From the human T2T-CHM13v2.0 reference genome, Homo sapiens, in assembly GCF_009914755.1 (NCBI RefSeq), contig NC_060931.1: DNA of 64,000 nt. One strand, written 5' to 3'. Shown here in pieces: positions 16,510-31,052 of this stretch. The position numbers and the translations under genes are program-made. Below the pieces are notes generated by a model that worked only from the letters and a program-made list of their open reading frames with translations, searched no databases and was not told where the DNA came from. Each line of letters opens with the position of its first letter. Positions within the stretch are counted from its first letter, which is position 1.

Positions 16510-16730
16510 GTGTGAAGTGCTTGCATTTTTTATCTCTATCTTTACAATTAACCTAGGAGACAGCAACTATTATTACCCTGTTTTATTCTTAAGGAAACCG
16601 TGACCTTCAGAAGTTGCAGAACTTCCCCCAAAGTCACACAACTGGTAAGTTACAGAGCCAGGTCTCCGCAGGCTCCAGCAGAGCCTGGTCTGTCAGTGAC
16701 AACTGCCCATGCAGTTACCCGCTATGCTAC
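16510..16730 (-). mobile_element. MIR
   Basis: aggaaaccgtgaccttcagaagttgcagaacttcccccaaagtcacaca. Confidence 0.65.
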
Positions 16731-16836
16731 ATTGCCCCCAAAGAAGTAACAGCTGACATATGCCTGTTTCTAATTTGTGCAAAGAACAGTTTTAAGGACC
16801 CTCTACAAAGTAATTTGTTTAACCCTAGTAACCTCC

Positions 16837-17020
16837 TGTATCAATTTCCTAGCACTGTCGTAACAAATTAGCACAAACTGGGTGGCTTAAAACAACAGAA
16901 ATTTGTTCTCTCAGAGTTCAGGAGGCCAGAGGTCTGAAATCAAGGTGTTGGCAGAGCCATGCTCCTTTCAAAGCTTCTTGGGGAAGATCCTCCTTGCCTT
17001 TTCCAGGTTCTGGTAGCTCA
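16837..17020 (-). mobile_element. MLT1 (MLT1C-like) LTR fragment
   Basis: acaaactgggtggcttaaaacaacagaaatt...ggaggccagaggtctgaaatcaagg. Confidence 0.8.
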
Positions 17021-17389
17021 TTAGCAAGACAGTAGAAACATAAAGTAGCACCACTTAGGCCCAATATGACAGAATGTGACACAGAAATGTTGGTCAGAGT
17101 TCAACATATCTACCTTGGAGGCTGTAACCCATCACAGGCTCTGGCTATATCAGATGCTACGACGTACTCCCAGTATTCTGACTCCCAATATTCTAGATGC
17201 CAGGAGCACCTTCAGTGGAGCAATAGACCTGCCTACGTGAGCCAGCGGACAGCACCCAGGCCCAGCACCTCCACGGGGCCCTTCAAGAGCCGAGGCCTCA
17301 TAGTTGACGTCACTATAGAACATAGAATTAGCATCAGAGACAATAGACAGAGAAAACAGTAGGCACTATATGGGGACAGAATCCTAAGA

Positions 17390-17570
17390 GGAAACCTATA
17401 CTGGCATTTGAGGTGTGTCAGGCTTTGTGCTAAAATGAACACTTTGCTTCTGTTGTCTCACTTTATCCTCACAAGACTTCCGTGACAAATGAGGAAACTG
17501 AGGCACGGAGATTTTAATAACCTGCCCAAGGCCAAGTCCAGGTGGTCTAGCTCTGGAACCCACTGTATCA
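17390..17570 (-). mobile_element. MIR
   Basis: acaaatgaggaaactgaggcacggag...cctgcccaagg. Confidence 0.8.
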
Positions 17571-17609
17571 CACGAAGACCTGTGACCACCAGCACATGAA
17601 GACAACCTT

Positions 17610-17669
17610 CCTCTCTGTTCCATTTAATCTCACTCTTCCATTTAATCTCTCTGTTCCATTTAATCTCAC
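17610..17669. repeat. Short tandem repeat, ~3 copies of ttccatttaatctc
   Basis: Unit of about 18-20 bp read directly. Confidence 0.85.
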
Positions 17670-17935
17670 ACATTATGTAAATATTTTCAGAAAAGCATGG
17701 GCAATTTCATCAGTAGAGGCTCAATAACACCTGGAAATTTATTCTTCAATTGTTAATTCTACAACCTAGTTTCCTGTGCATGTAGAATTCCTGTTCAAAA
17801 CTGTATTTTTTAATATCAAAGGTTTACTTCTTTGTACAACTCCGATTGACAATATTGTTTCTAAATAAAGAGAAACATTCTGAAATTCCGCTACCAAACA
17901 TTGAATTACAAGGAAAAAGTAATGTCAGCATTAAG

Positions 17936-17949
17936 CCACTAGATGGCAC
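17936..17949 (+). promoter_or_regulatory. CTCF core motif
   Basis: ccactagatggcac fits CCASYAGRKGGCRS at all positions; lies in DNA with no recognisable repeat; binding not shown. Confidence 0.55.
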
Positions 17950-18884
17950 ATTCTCACAGTTTGAGGCACAGACAAAATATTGAACAAATAAATTACCATC
18001 AACAGAACATTTTTAAAAATAGGTTCAAAATCAAATACTAGCATCAAATGTAATCAAGAAATTGTTTGTGATAGTAACTGATTGCTTAGGGAATAAAAAG
18101 GATAAAAATATAACCCCCATCTACTCCCAACCCTTACACCCTAACAATCAATAAAAATTAGTAAGACTGGGAGGATTTATAGAGAAAAGGAAATAGGTTA
18201 TCTCTGTGCTTCCAGCTGAGCCTTAACTATCAATCTCTTTGGATAGGAGAGAGGGAGCCTTCTGATATTTCTACAGTTGCAACTGACAGGCTCTGTCATA
18301 GAAATTGACCACCTGGGAACCTACAGCACCCGGCTCATCCTCGGGTCAGGTTTTTGCCATGAGGCGGCAGCCGGCAGGCATTGGTTTATGGTGGTAGAAG
18401 GGGCATGTGCATGGAAACCTGGGTTTGGGCAAGTCACCTGGGTTTGGCCAGGTCACTTCACCTTTCTGAGCCGCAGGGTCCTCGCCTATATTTATAACCT
18501 ATTTGATGAAATGTATATATGGTAACTACGTGAGGTGATAAATATGCTAATTTGATTGTAATCATTTTACAATATCTATCAAATCATCACATTGTACACT
18601 TTAGAATATATAAAATTGTTATTCGTCAATTATACGTCAGTGAAGCTGAAATATATGTAAGTATAAAATATATATAATATGCATATATCATTCACTTGGC
18701 AGAGTTACAGTAATGGTTGGGAATAATGACTTTAAAGCACCTCCCACATTCAACAGTTGTCAGATCATTCTTTATAGCTGTTACATCTGTGTCACTTTGG
18801 GAAAGTCACTTCACCTCTCAGAGTCTCAGACTCTTCGTCTGTGAAATAGAGACAGTTCTCACCACTCTCGGTCTTCAAGCCATG

Positions 18885-19118
18885 ACTCCTACATTTTATC
18901 TTTCTTCCTTCCCTGATTTGTTTTTCTCAATAGCTCTTAATGCCACCAGACATAATTTTGATTCATTTGTTTGTTTATTGAACATTTCAGCATACAAAAA
19001 TGCAAGTGCCATGAGGGAGGGCTTACCCTCCATCTGGTTCACTGCTGTGGCCCAGCATCCAGGACAGGGCCAGCATACAGCAGGCACGTATAAATATCTG
19101 TGCCAGGAATGAATGAAT
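18885..19118 (+). mobile_element. L2 3' end
   Basis: ggttcactgctgtggcccagcatccaggacagggcc...taaatatctgtgccaggaatgaatgaat. Confidence 0.75.
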
Positions 19119-19208
19119 AGCACTACCTCAGACAGTTGCTGCAGACTTAGATAAGCATACTTTAAAAGAGTTTAGCACAACATCTGGCCCACAGTAGACA
19201 TTCAGTGA

Positions 19209-19523
<315 letters not shown>

Positions 19524-19752
19524 ATGATTGCTTATATGTCTTTGTGCATGCAAGTGTAGAATCTCTCAAAACCCCAGTTACTGTATTTCCAAGTGGAACA
19601 CAGGTTTGCTATCCAGATCAATTGAGAAGACATGTGCAACTCTTAGCTCAATACCTGGCACACGTCCGTCTATCAAGGCTCTGGTAACAGAATCAAGGCT
19701 GTGGAAGTTGGCAGCACTCACTTTTCCTACGTGAGGAGCTCACAGAATACAC

Positions 19753-20140
19753 TGTCTTCGTTTCCCAGGTCTGCAGAAACAAATTACCACAAATGTGCTG
19801 ACTTGAATCCACAGAAATTCATTCTCTCACAATTCTGGAGATCAGAAGTCTGCAATCAGGATGTTGGCAGGGCCACAGCCCCTTCAAAGCTACTAGGGGA
19901 GGCTGCACTTCCTTGCCTCTTCTGGCTTCTGGTGGCTCCAGGCATTCCTGGACCTGGGCAGCATCACTCTAATCTCTGCCTCCATCTTCACATGACCTTC
20001 TGTGTCTCTTCTCGTTGTGTCTCCTATGATAATTGTCATTGGATTGAAGACCCACCCTTATAATCCAGGATGATCTCATCTCGAGAACCTTAATTGAATT
20101 GCATTTGCAAAAACTGTATCCAAATAAGGTCACATTCTCT
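19753..20140 (-). mobile_element. MLT1C-like LTR
   Basis: aacaaattaccacaaat...ataatccaggatgatctcatctcgag...ccaaataaggtcacattc. Confidence 0.85.
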
Positions 20141-20373
20141 GTCTCAGAGACAGAGACACAGACTGGGACTCTAACTTCTGCCTTCACCAAGGTCTCTGAC
20201 CTACAAATAGGCTGCATTCCAAAGGACTGTTTGTCACTCAAAATGTGTTTTCCCAAAGAAACAATGCCATAAATGGAGGCTAAGTTCTCAGGCACATCAA
20301 TCTACAATAGTTTGTATGACCGTCATACAGATAAAATTGCATACAAGTGAATTTCTAAATCATAGTGAATATC

Positions 20374-20712
<339 letters not shown>

Positions 20713-21131
20713 TCATAAAGTTAAATAGATCATTTTGTGTCTTAAATACTAGTCCACACTTACTTAGAGGGAGATAAGGAGGCAGATGAAATTTTTGATG
20801 GAGATGCTAAGGGGCTTCAAAGGATGAGGTCGTGATCTTTGTTTCATTTAATTTCCTATTTTAGGAGTTTCTTTTTTTTAGTGAGGCTTTATGACTAGTG
20901 GCACTCTTACACCTGCAAGCTGGTTATGAATCAAGTTGGCAGAAGGAAGAAACAAGGAGAGATTTTTCTGAAACAACCCATTAAATTCCCCTATGCAAAA
21001 CATTAGCCTATAAAGATTCTTAAATTTTCTGCCTAGACAATGATATCAATTGCTCATAATGACAGTTCTGTTACTTCCTTTTTGACTCTTACATGTTTCA
21101 TTTCATCTTTCTGTTTTACTGGGCTTGGTAG

Positions 21132-21453
<322 letters not shown>

Positions 21454-23239
21454 TGAATACCCTATCTTGATCCTGATTTTAAAGGAGATACTTTTAACGT
21501 TACGTCAGTAACTATGAAGTTTGCTGTCTTTTTGTTTGTTTTTGTCAATGCCTTTCATCATAATAAAGAATTTCTCCTAAAATCCAGGAAGGCTAAGAGT
21601 TTTACTCTAGTTTTTGTTTTTTAATCATGAGTAGATATTGAACTTTTTTAACTTTTGAAATAACTATAGGCTCCGATTCCATATAGCCTTCACTGGGTTT
21701 CCCTCAATGGTATCATCTGCATCACTATAGTACAAAAGCACAACCAGGAAACTGATATGAATACAACCCATGGATCTTATTCAGATTTCACCAGTTTTAC
21801 TAACACTCTTCTCTGTGTGTATATTTAATTCTCTGCGATTTTATCACCTGCGTAGATTCATGTAACCACTACCACAGTCAAGACATATTTCAGTCGGGAG
21901 GATCCCAGGTGCTTTTGTAGCCATAGCCACCTCCCTCCGCCCCCGCCCCAACCTCTGGTAATCATTAATTTCTTCTGAATCTCTATAACGTTTTCATTTC
22001 AAGAATGTTATCTAAATGGAATCATAGAGTATGTACCTTTGGGGATGGCTTTTTATTTTTTCATTCAGAATAATTCCCTTGTGATCTATCCTGGTTGCTG
22101 CATGTGTCAATAGTTTGTTTCTTTTTATTGCTGAGTAGTATTCCATGCTATGGATGTATTAATCCCATAGTGTGTTTACCATACATGCATTAAGAGGCAT
22201 TTGTGTTGTTTCCAGTTTGGGACTGTTATGATTAAAGCCTGCTTTGAACACCCATGTAAAGTTTTTGTGTGAACGTGAGTTTTCATTTTTCTGGGAAAAA
22301 AAAAAAGCCCAAGAGTGCAGTTGTCCGTGGCTATATGGTGAGCACATGTTTAGTATTGTAGGAAACTGACACACTGCTTTCCAGAGTGGCTGTACCATTT
22401 TACATTCCTACCAGCAATATATGAAATGATCCACTTTCTCCACATCCTCACCATCATTTGGCATTATCACTATTTTTTAAGCCATTATGATAGGTGTGGA
22501 GTAAAATTTCACTATGGTTTAGTTTGCACCTCCCCAATGGCTGACGGTGTTGAAGATTATTTCATGCATTTATCTGCCATCTGTATAATTTCTTCAGTGA
22601 AATGTCTATTCATGTCTTTTGCCCATTTTCTTACTGGATTGCTTGGTTTTTTTGTTTTTTGTTTTTTAACCGTTGAGTTTTGAGAATTCTTCATATATTC
22701 TAGATACAAGTCCTTTGTCTGATATGTCATCTGTAAATATCTTCTCCAAGTCCGTAGCTTGACTTTTCACCTTCTTCATGGGGTCTTTTGCACTGCAATC
22801 GTTTTTAATTTTGACGAGGTCTAGTTTATCAATTTAACCTTTTATGGATTGTGCTTTCGGTGCCAAGTCCAAGAATTCTTTGCCTAGATCTAGTTCCCAA
22901 AAATTGTCTGCTATAATTTTTTCCAAAATTTTTATAGTTTTGTATTTTACATTAAGTCTTTTATCCATTTTGAGTTAATGTTTGCATAAGCTGTGAGACT
23001 TACCCAAGGTATTAGACTCTTTTTTTTTTTTTTTTTTTTTGACCATGAATGTCAAATGGCTCCAGCACCATTTGTTGAAAGACTATCCTTCCTCCATGGA
23101 ACTGCTGTTGTATTTTTGTCAAAAATCAACTAGCCATATTTCTGTGGGTCTTTTTGTGGGTTATCTGTTCTGGTCCATTGATACATATCTATCCCTCTGC
23201 CAATACCACATTGTCTTGATTACTATAGTAATATAGTAA

Positions 23240-23716
<477 letters not shown>

Positions 23717-24347
23717 GAGAGTTGACATCTTTACTGCGTTGAGTTTTCTAATCCAAATAGATGCTGAATTTTCTCAAATGCTTTTTTATATATTGAGATG
23801 ATCATATATCATTTCTTTTTTAGTATTTTGATATAATGAGTAAAATTTTTATATTGCCTAACATTCAACCAATCTTGCATAATTGGGCTTAATAATTTGT
23901 TTGTGCTTACATTTGTGAATGCATGTATCTGTATATGATTGCTACATTGCTAGATTAGGTATACTAAAATTTTATTTAGGATTGGGTTCTAAATCAATGA
24001 CTGATTTTTCTCTTTCATGCTGTCCTTGCAGTTTTGGCTTTAAAATTACATTATCCTCAGAAAAATGAGTTATTGTTTTCCTTCTATTTTTTAGGAGAGT
24101 TTCTTTACAAGTAAAATATTTCTTTGAAGTTTTGTTAGGACACCTCTGTTTGGTTTGGTGTTTCTTTTGCAGGCAAATTATTAACTACTTACCGATTCAA
24201 GTTCCTTCATCTTAAATTCATTGGACACATATTTTTCTAGGTCCATATCCATTTACTCTGAGTTTTCAAATATGTTAGCAAAAGTTGTTTGTGATATTCT
24301 CTTATCTTTGTAACCAGCTGCAACTGTAGTTACACCTCCCTTTTTAG

Positions 24348-24770
<423 letters not shown>

Positions 24771-25342
24771 TAATTTCTGCTGTTATATCTTCATTTTTTC
24801 CTTCCCTCATTATTTTTTAATTCATTTCACTGTTATGATTCCTACTTCCTAAGGCAAAAGCTTAGCTCATTAACTTTTAGGCTTTCTGCTTTCTGTTTTG
24901 TTGGAGTAGGGGGTGAGACTAATGATTTAAAGTGGGAAGGCGGTTGTATACATAATAATCAAACTGTAATGTAATATATACTACACTACAAGTAAATGCA
25001 TGTTGTTATTTATTAACATATTTAGTTTTTATTTTATACAATTTCAAACATATATAAATAATAATATAATGGACCCCAGGTACCATGGCCCAGCTTCAAA
25101 AATGATGAAAATCATGGTCAAATTTGCATCAGAGATGTGGTCACTCACATCTGCCCCATCTTGTGTTATTTTGAGGCAAATTTCAGACACCATATGATTT
25201 CATCTATAAACATCTCAATATGTATCTATGAATTATAAAGAGTTTAAAAAAACAAAATGCCATTATCACAACTAAAAAAGTAGTAATAATTACTTCATAT
25301 CATCAAATACAGACTCAGTGTTCAAATTTTGCAAGTCTTTCT

Positions 25343-25666
25343 TGTTTTTTGTTTGTTTGTTTTGTTTTTGTTTTTGTTTTTTTGAGACGGAGTCTCGCTC
25401 TGTCACCCAGGCTGGAGTGCCCTGGCCCAATCTCGGCTCACTGCAACCTCTGCCTCCCGGGTTCAAGCAATTCTTCCTGCCTCAGCCTCCCGAGTAGCTG
25501 GGATTACAGGCACACGCCACTATGCCCAGCTAATTTTTGTATATTTCATTGAGACGGGGTTTCACCATGTTGGCTAGGCTGGTCTCGAACACCTGACCTC
25601 AAGTGACCCGCCCACCTCAGCCTCCCAAAATGCTGGGATTACAAGCGTGAGCCACCGCGCCTGGCC
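25343..25666 (-). mobile_element. AluS-type SINE
   Basis: Full dimer with (GTTT)n tail; TSD tgcaag. Confidence 0.95.
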
Positions 25667-26099
25667 CTTGTGCAAGATTTTTTTTCACATCTTTGATTTG
25701 TATGAATCAGGATCAAAACAACCCTGACACCTTGCATTTAGCTAATATGTCTTTTAAATGTCTTGTAATCCACAGCTTCTCTCTCCTGTTTATTCTTACA
25801 ATCTAGTTCTTAAAGAAACTGGGCTACTTGTCCCATAGTTGTACTCATTCTAGGTTTTGCTTATTAAATCTGTATGGTATTGTTTAACAGTTTCCTGAAT
25901 CCTTTATAATTGCTGTAAACCAGATTAAATTCAGCTTCAAATTTTTGGCAAAAAAAAAAAAAACAACACTTCTTAAGAAGCGTTTAGGTAGGATTGATTA
26001 GTGGATTGTTTAAGCCATGCATCATGAAGCACCCTATCAATTTTCACCTAATGGTTTTGGCAATCACTGGTAGTCATTATTAGAGTGACTATAACATTG

Positions 26100-26685
26100 A
26101 TAATGTTTTCACCAAAAGAAGAAGATCAACAACTAATCTCACTTAAGAAATATAGCTGCAAAAATCTTTACTAAAATATTAACAAACAAAACTCAAAGTA
26201 CATTTTTAAATAACATACCAAAACAAAGAGGGGTTTATCCCAGGCAAACAAAGGTGGTTTAATGTTAGAAATTCTATTAATATAATCTACCATATCGGTA
26301 GAGCCAAAAAGAAAACCTATACACTCATCTCCATAGATGCAGAAAGACTTTAGAATTCAACTATTTGTGTTAAAAACACATACTTTCTTATGTTGATAAA
26401 ATACATATTTAAGCCCCAATGCCATTATCTTAGTAAAGACACACTAAAAGTTTTTCCACTAAAGTTTAGAATAACACAAGAATGCCCACAGTCTCCACTA
26501 TTCCTTAACACTGTGTTGGAAGTATTAGCCAATGCAATTAGAAATGAAATCAATTAGAAGCATAAGAAATGGAAAAGAGAAGGTATTAATAAAACCATTT
26601 CTAGTAAATAATGCACCTATAAATAAGAAAAAAATTTTTAAGGAAAAACTCATACAAATAATAAGAACTTTTAATAAAATGACAG
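26100..26685 (+). mobile_element. Old L1M ORF2 (RT region) fragment
   Basis: gggtttatcccagg...ctcatctccatagatgcagaaaga...ggaagtattagccaatgcaattaga (GFIPG, ISIDAE, EVLANAIR). Confidence 0.8.
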
Positions 26686-26967
26686 GTGATGAGGGTCTCT
26701 GATATTTTTAAGATTCTCCTGCTCTCGGGGTTCTCAAAGCTCAGTTGCTCCATCTCTACTCCCTCTGATACACGTGTCATTAATACTTGAGTCTGTCACT
26801 GTTGATGTGTTCCCAGACAGTCATGTATGGGGGTTTATAGGGTTACCTTGTCATATTGTCACCTAGTTTTGTTGTAGGTGTGAATCTCTAGTTTTGCTAT
26901 TGTCGTGGCTCTTTTTGTTTCTATGAGGCAATTTGGGTAGATTCAAACACCACGCCACCTTATCATC

Positions 26968-27390
26968 CATATTAGGCCATTCTTGCATTGCTATTAAAAA
27001 AAAAAAAAAACCTGACATTGGGTAATTTATAAGAAAAGAGATTAAATTGGCTCATGCTTCTGTTGGCCATACAGGAAGCATAACAGCATCTGCTTCTAGG
27101 GAAGCCTCTGGAAGCTTCCAATCATGGTGGAAGATGAAGAGGAAGCAGGCATGTCACCTGGCAAAAGCAGGCGTGAGAGAGCAAAGGGGGAGGTGCCGCA
27201 TCCTTTTAAACAAACAAATCTCATGAGAACTCACTCACTACTTCGAGGACAGTACTGCAAGGAATGGTGCTAAACCGTTCATGAGAAATCTGTCCCCATG
27301 ATCCAATCACCTCCCACCAGGTTCCACCTCCGACACTAGGGATTACATTTCAGTGAGATTTGGGCAGGGACATCATCCTAAATTTTATCA
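26968..27390 (-). mobile_element. MSTA/MSTB-like MaLR LTR
   Basis: attaggccattcttgcattgctat...ccccatgatccaatcacctcccaccagg...gagatttgggcagggaca. Confidence 0.85.
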
Positions 27391-27545
27391 TCGATTCTTC
27401 TTTATATCTCCCTGGTCACCTTTGAGAGCCTATTACCCCTTAATCATATTTCCAATTTCTGTGTTATTCCTTCATACGTATTAAACATACTTATTTTATA
27501 TTATATATCAGACATTTCCAATATTAAAAGGCTCTTCAGGTCTGA

Positions 27546-27828
<283 letters not shown>

Positions 27829-28467
27829 GTGTTTTGTTTTTTGAGCCCATTTTCCCTGGAACTTTGCCGAACCTCTCTGAGACCTACTTGAGGATATTAC
27901 TCCAGGATAGATTCTTGTTTTCTTTTTTAGATGACTGGAAACATTACAAGTCAGAACTAATTTAAACTAAATTTTCAATTGGGGTTTATTTGCATCACAC
28001 AGGCAGCGTGAATTCCAGCCTCACACCCACACATGAACCAGTTTATGGTAAATTCTCAATGTAGCCTTTTGTGTTTTAGCCCCTAAACCCAGAACCAAAG
28101 TTAAAACAAACAAGTTTCCTCGTGGCCTACTTTTTTGGGTGCCTTTCTTTTTTCTAGTTTACCTTTTCACAGAGAATTTGGACATTAGAGATCCAGCCTT
28201 ACTCTGAGGTTTCTAAACTGACTCCCAACTTGTATGAACCCAAAGCGTTGTCCCTTATCCCCCATGCCCCTATGTGGCCTTTGAAATTGAAATTCTTATC
28301 AGCAGAGGTTGGCGGGTGCCCTTAAGACATATACCATTAGGACAAAGGGTTAGAAGTCTTTATCTCGCTTTTGTTTTTGACTTTTTAAAAAAAATTCTTA
28401 CTCTTCCTAACTTAATTTTCTATCTTACTCTCCAGAAAGACACAGTATAGAAATTGCATATACTTTC

Positions 28468-28818
28468 TGTGTTCTGAACATTTGTGTCCCCCCCAAATTC
28501 ATATGTTCAAACCTAACAACCAATCTGATAGTATTAAGAGGTAGGGACTTTGGGAGGTGATTAGATCATGAGTGCAGAACCCTCATAAGTAGGATTAGGG
28601 CCCTCATAAAAGAGGCCCAGAGCTTGTTGGCCCATTTTGCCATGTAAGAGAACACAGCAAGAAGGCACCATCTATAAGGAAGCAGACCCTTCCCAGATGC
28701 CGCAGACACCTTGATCTTGGACTTCCCAGCCTCTAGAACTGTGAGAAGTAAATTTCTGTTGTTTACAAGTTACCCAGCCTGTTTGAGTAACTGAGATACA
28801 CGCAGACTGAGATAACAC
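28468..28818 (+). mobile_element. MLT1A-like MaLR LTR
   Basis: tttgtgtccccccc...ttgggaggtgattagatcatgag...ccttgatcttggacttcccagcctctagaactgtgag. Confidence 0.85.
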
Positions 28819-29718
28819 TTTCTCTGTCTAGCAATCCTGCAAGTATAACAAAGAAAGTGGTGCTGCTATGGGACATTATTGCCACTCTCTCCTTCCATGA
28901 GGTTATCATTGAAGGCCCCTGGAAAGAGATAAAGCATTCTCATTTTTCACCTTTTCCCCCAGACCACTCAAAGAGGGTGGAAGAGCTGTCATTAAGCCCT
29001 AAAGTGGGCTGTAAAGAGAGGCCCCTGCAGTATGCAGATGAAACAAGGAAGAGTCTAAGTGGGAAGAGGAAGAGATTAAGAGACCGGCGGGTGAGCATCA
29101 TGCCTATGCCATGATAACCTCCAAATTCACCAAGAGCCTCATTTGGGGTGTTTTCCTCAGGTCTTCTAGGGACAGACTCACCCTTCACCAGTATTACACC
29201 CTCAACAGCGAGACTGGGCTGCTTATCAGCATCATGTCCACCAATGAGACCCTCCCCAAGTGCTAATCACTACATTCCTATCATCATCTCTAAAGATGTG
29301 GTCAAAGGCTTTTCTTCTCTGCTCACAAACACATTCCGCAAAGTGATGAATCATAGCCTAGACTGGAGATCTAGTCTACCCAACAGGTCAAATACACATC
29401 CTGAAAGCTACAAAGCAAAAGTTAAAGCTAAAGTGACTTTAACCAAAGAAAGGGGTAGAGAAGGAACACTGGCCTCAGTTCACGGTACCATTTGAGTGCT
29501 CACTCCTACCTTGGCCTTGGGGACACTAAATAGCACTCTTCCTCCTGGTTCCCGTTCGAGCATCAGGAGTCTTATTCTTGTTCCAGCCAAGTCCAGCCTC
29601 ATAAATGTTGGTGTTTCCATAGAGTGGAGCCCTTATTCTCTCTTGCTTTCCTTTCCCTTTTCCTGCAACACAAGCTGACTCCATTGTTTTCTCTGCTAAA
29701 GCAGTTCCCAAAATTAAT

Positions 29719-29818
29719 TGTAAATGAATGCATATGGCTGTGTATAAATAAAACTTTATAAAAACAGGCAGTGAGCTAGGTTTAGTCAACCACTGTTATA
29801 AAGGGATATTAAAATCAA
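29719..29818 (-). repeat. Inverted copy of the MER58A left end plus 23 bp of flank
   Basis: Reverse complement of 30677-30780, with a 23/23 match in the non-transposon flank. Confidence 0.85.
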
Positions 29819-29829
29819 ATTGGCTTCAG

Positions 29830-30090
29830 TCAGCCAATTTGCCTGAGCCTCTGACTCATACAGCAAATTCTCTAATAGACATCTCATAAGCACCTCAACA
29901 TTTTCTACAAAATGGGACTCATCATCCTTCTTTCTAAAACCTGCTCCTTTCCCTGAAATCTACACCTGGTCACCCTTCACCCAACAGAGCAGACAGCAGG
30001 CTTCACCTGCCCACTCCACATGCATTTAGCTCCAGGCTCTACCAGTTCTCTTTCACAAGGGCTGTCGAAACTGCCCACTCTTCTTTATCT
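29830..30090 (+). mobile_element. L2 fragment
   Basis: gcacctcaaca...actcatcatccttc...aaacctgctcct. Confidence 0.55.
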
Positions 30091-30699
30091 TATCCATTCA
30101 TTTATTCGACACAGTTTTATGGTGGTGAGTCACTAGTGGACCAACATTATTTTTGCTTTCTAAAAACAGCACATACAGAATATAAAGATGGCCCACACTG
30201 AATCTCCTTTCCTGCCTTTCAAAGAAGACACTCACTAAACAATTTAACTCTTGACTGCCTACATACTTGATTTCATCACAAATGTAGAAATAAGGACATT
30301 TGGCATCATGGTGTGCCCATGCTGTTTGGAAAATGCCTTGTGTGTTCAGTCATCCAAGAGGCAAGCACGCCGGGCTTTGTTTCTACAACAAAGACATAGG
30401 CACCCGTCACCCTGTATGTGTGTATCACATACCTAAAGCATTTAAGCATCATAATTTACAGCACACACTGCATACAGTTTTAACCCCAAACGAGATAGTC
30501 CTGAAGGTTTGCAGGACAAGAGCAATTTGTGATGGTTATTTGTATTTTGGCTTAAATTGTAATGTGAGTCACTTTTATTTTGGTCTGATCAGTATTTCCT
30601 GATTTATATAAATAATATATATGTTTAAAAACTCTATATGTATGACACCTCTGTTTCTCATAATTTTTCAGCACACTTGATTTTAATATCCCTTTATAA

Positions 30700-30898
30700 C
30701 AGAGGTTGACTAAACCCAGACCACTGCCTGTTTCTATAAATAAAATTTTATTTATACACATCCATAGGCATTCATTTACATGTGGTCTATGGCTGCATTG
30801 GTGCTAAAATGGCTGAGTTGCATACTTAACAACAGAGACCCCCAAAGCCTAAAATATTAACCATCTGGTCTTTAATAAAAAGAGTTTGCCAACTTCTG
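30700..30898 (+). mobile_element. MER58A hAT-Charlie transposon
   Basis: cagaggttgac...aaataaaattttatt...aaagcctaaaatattaaccatctgg...gtttgccaacttctg. Confidence 0.85.
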
Positions 30899-31052
30899 TC
30901 TTATAGCATTATTATGGACTTAAGGCTGTAGTCATTGCTTTTCATAGTCAATTTGCTTCTCTTCTCACACTTCTCTTCTCACACTGACCACTGTGTTCTT
31001 CTCAACAATGTTCTCCAACAGTCACAAGATACAACAGTACCAGGTTGCCTCC

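Noticed and set aside
17610-17669. Short direct repeats (also 14439-14470, 43504-43549, 54270-54305) as a CRISPR-like array
   Set aside because: Two to three adjacent units with no unique spacers in primate DNA; ordinary slippage duplications.
28857-29678. Run of consecutive ORFs in a repeat-poor stretch
   Set aside because: No recognisable domains, start context or splice structure.
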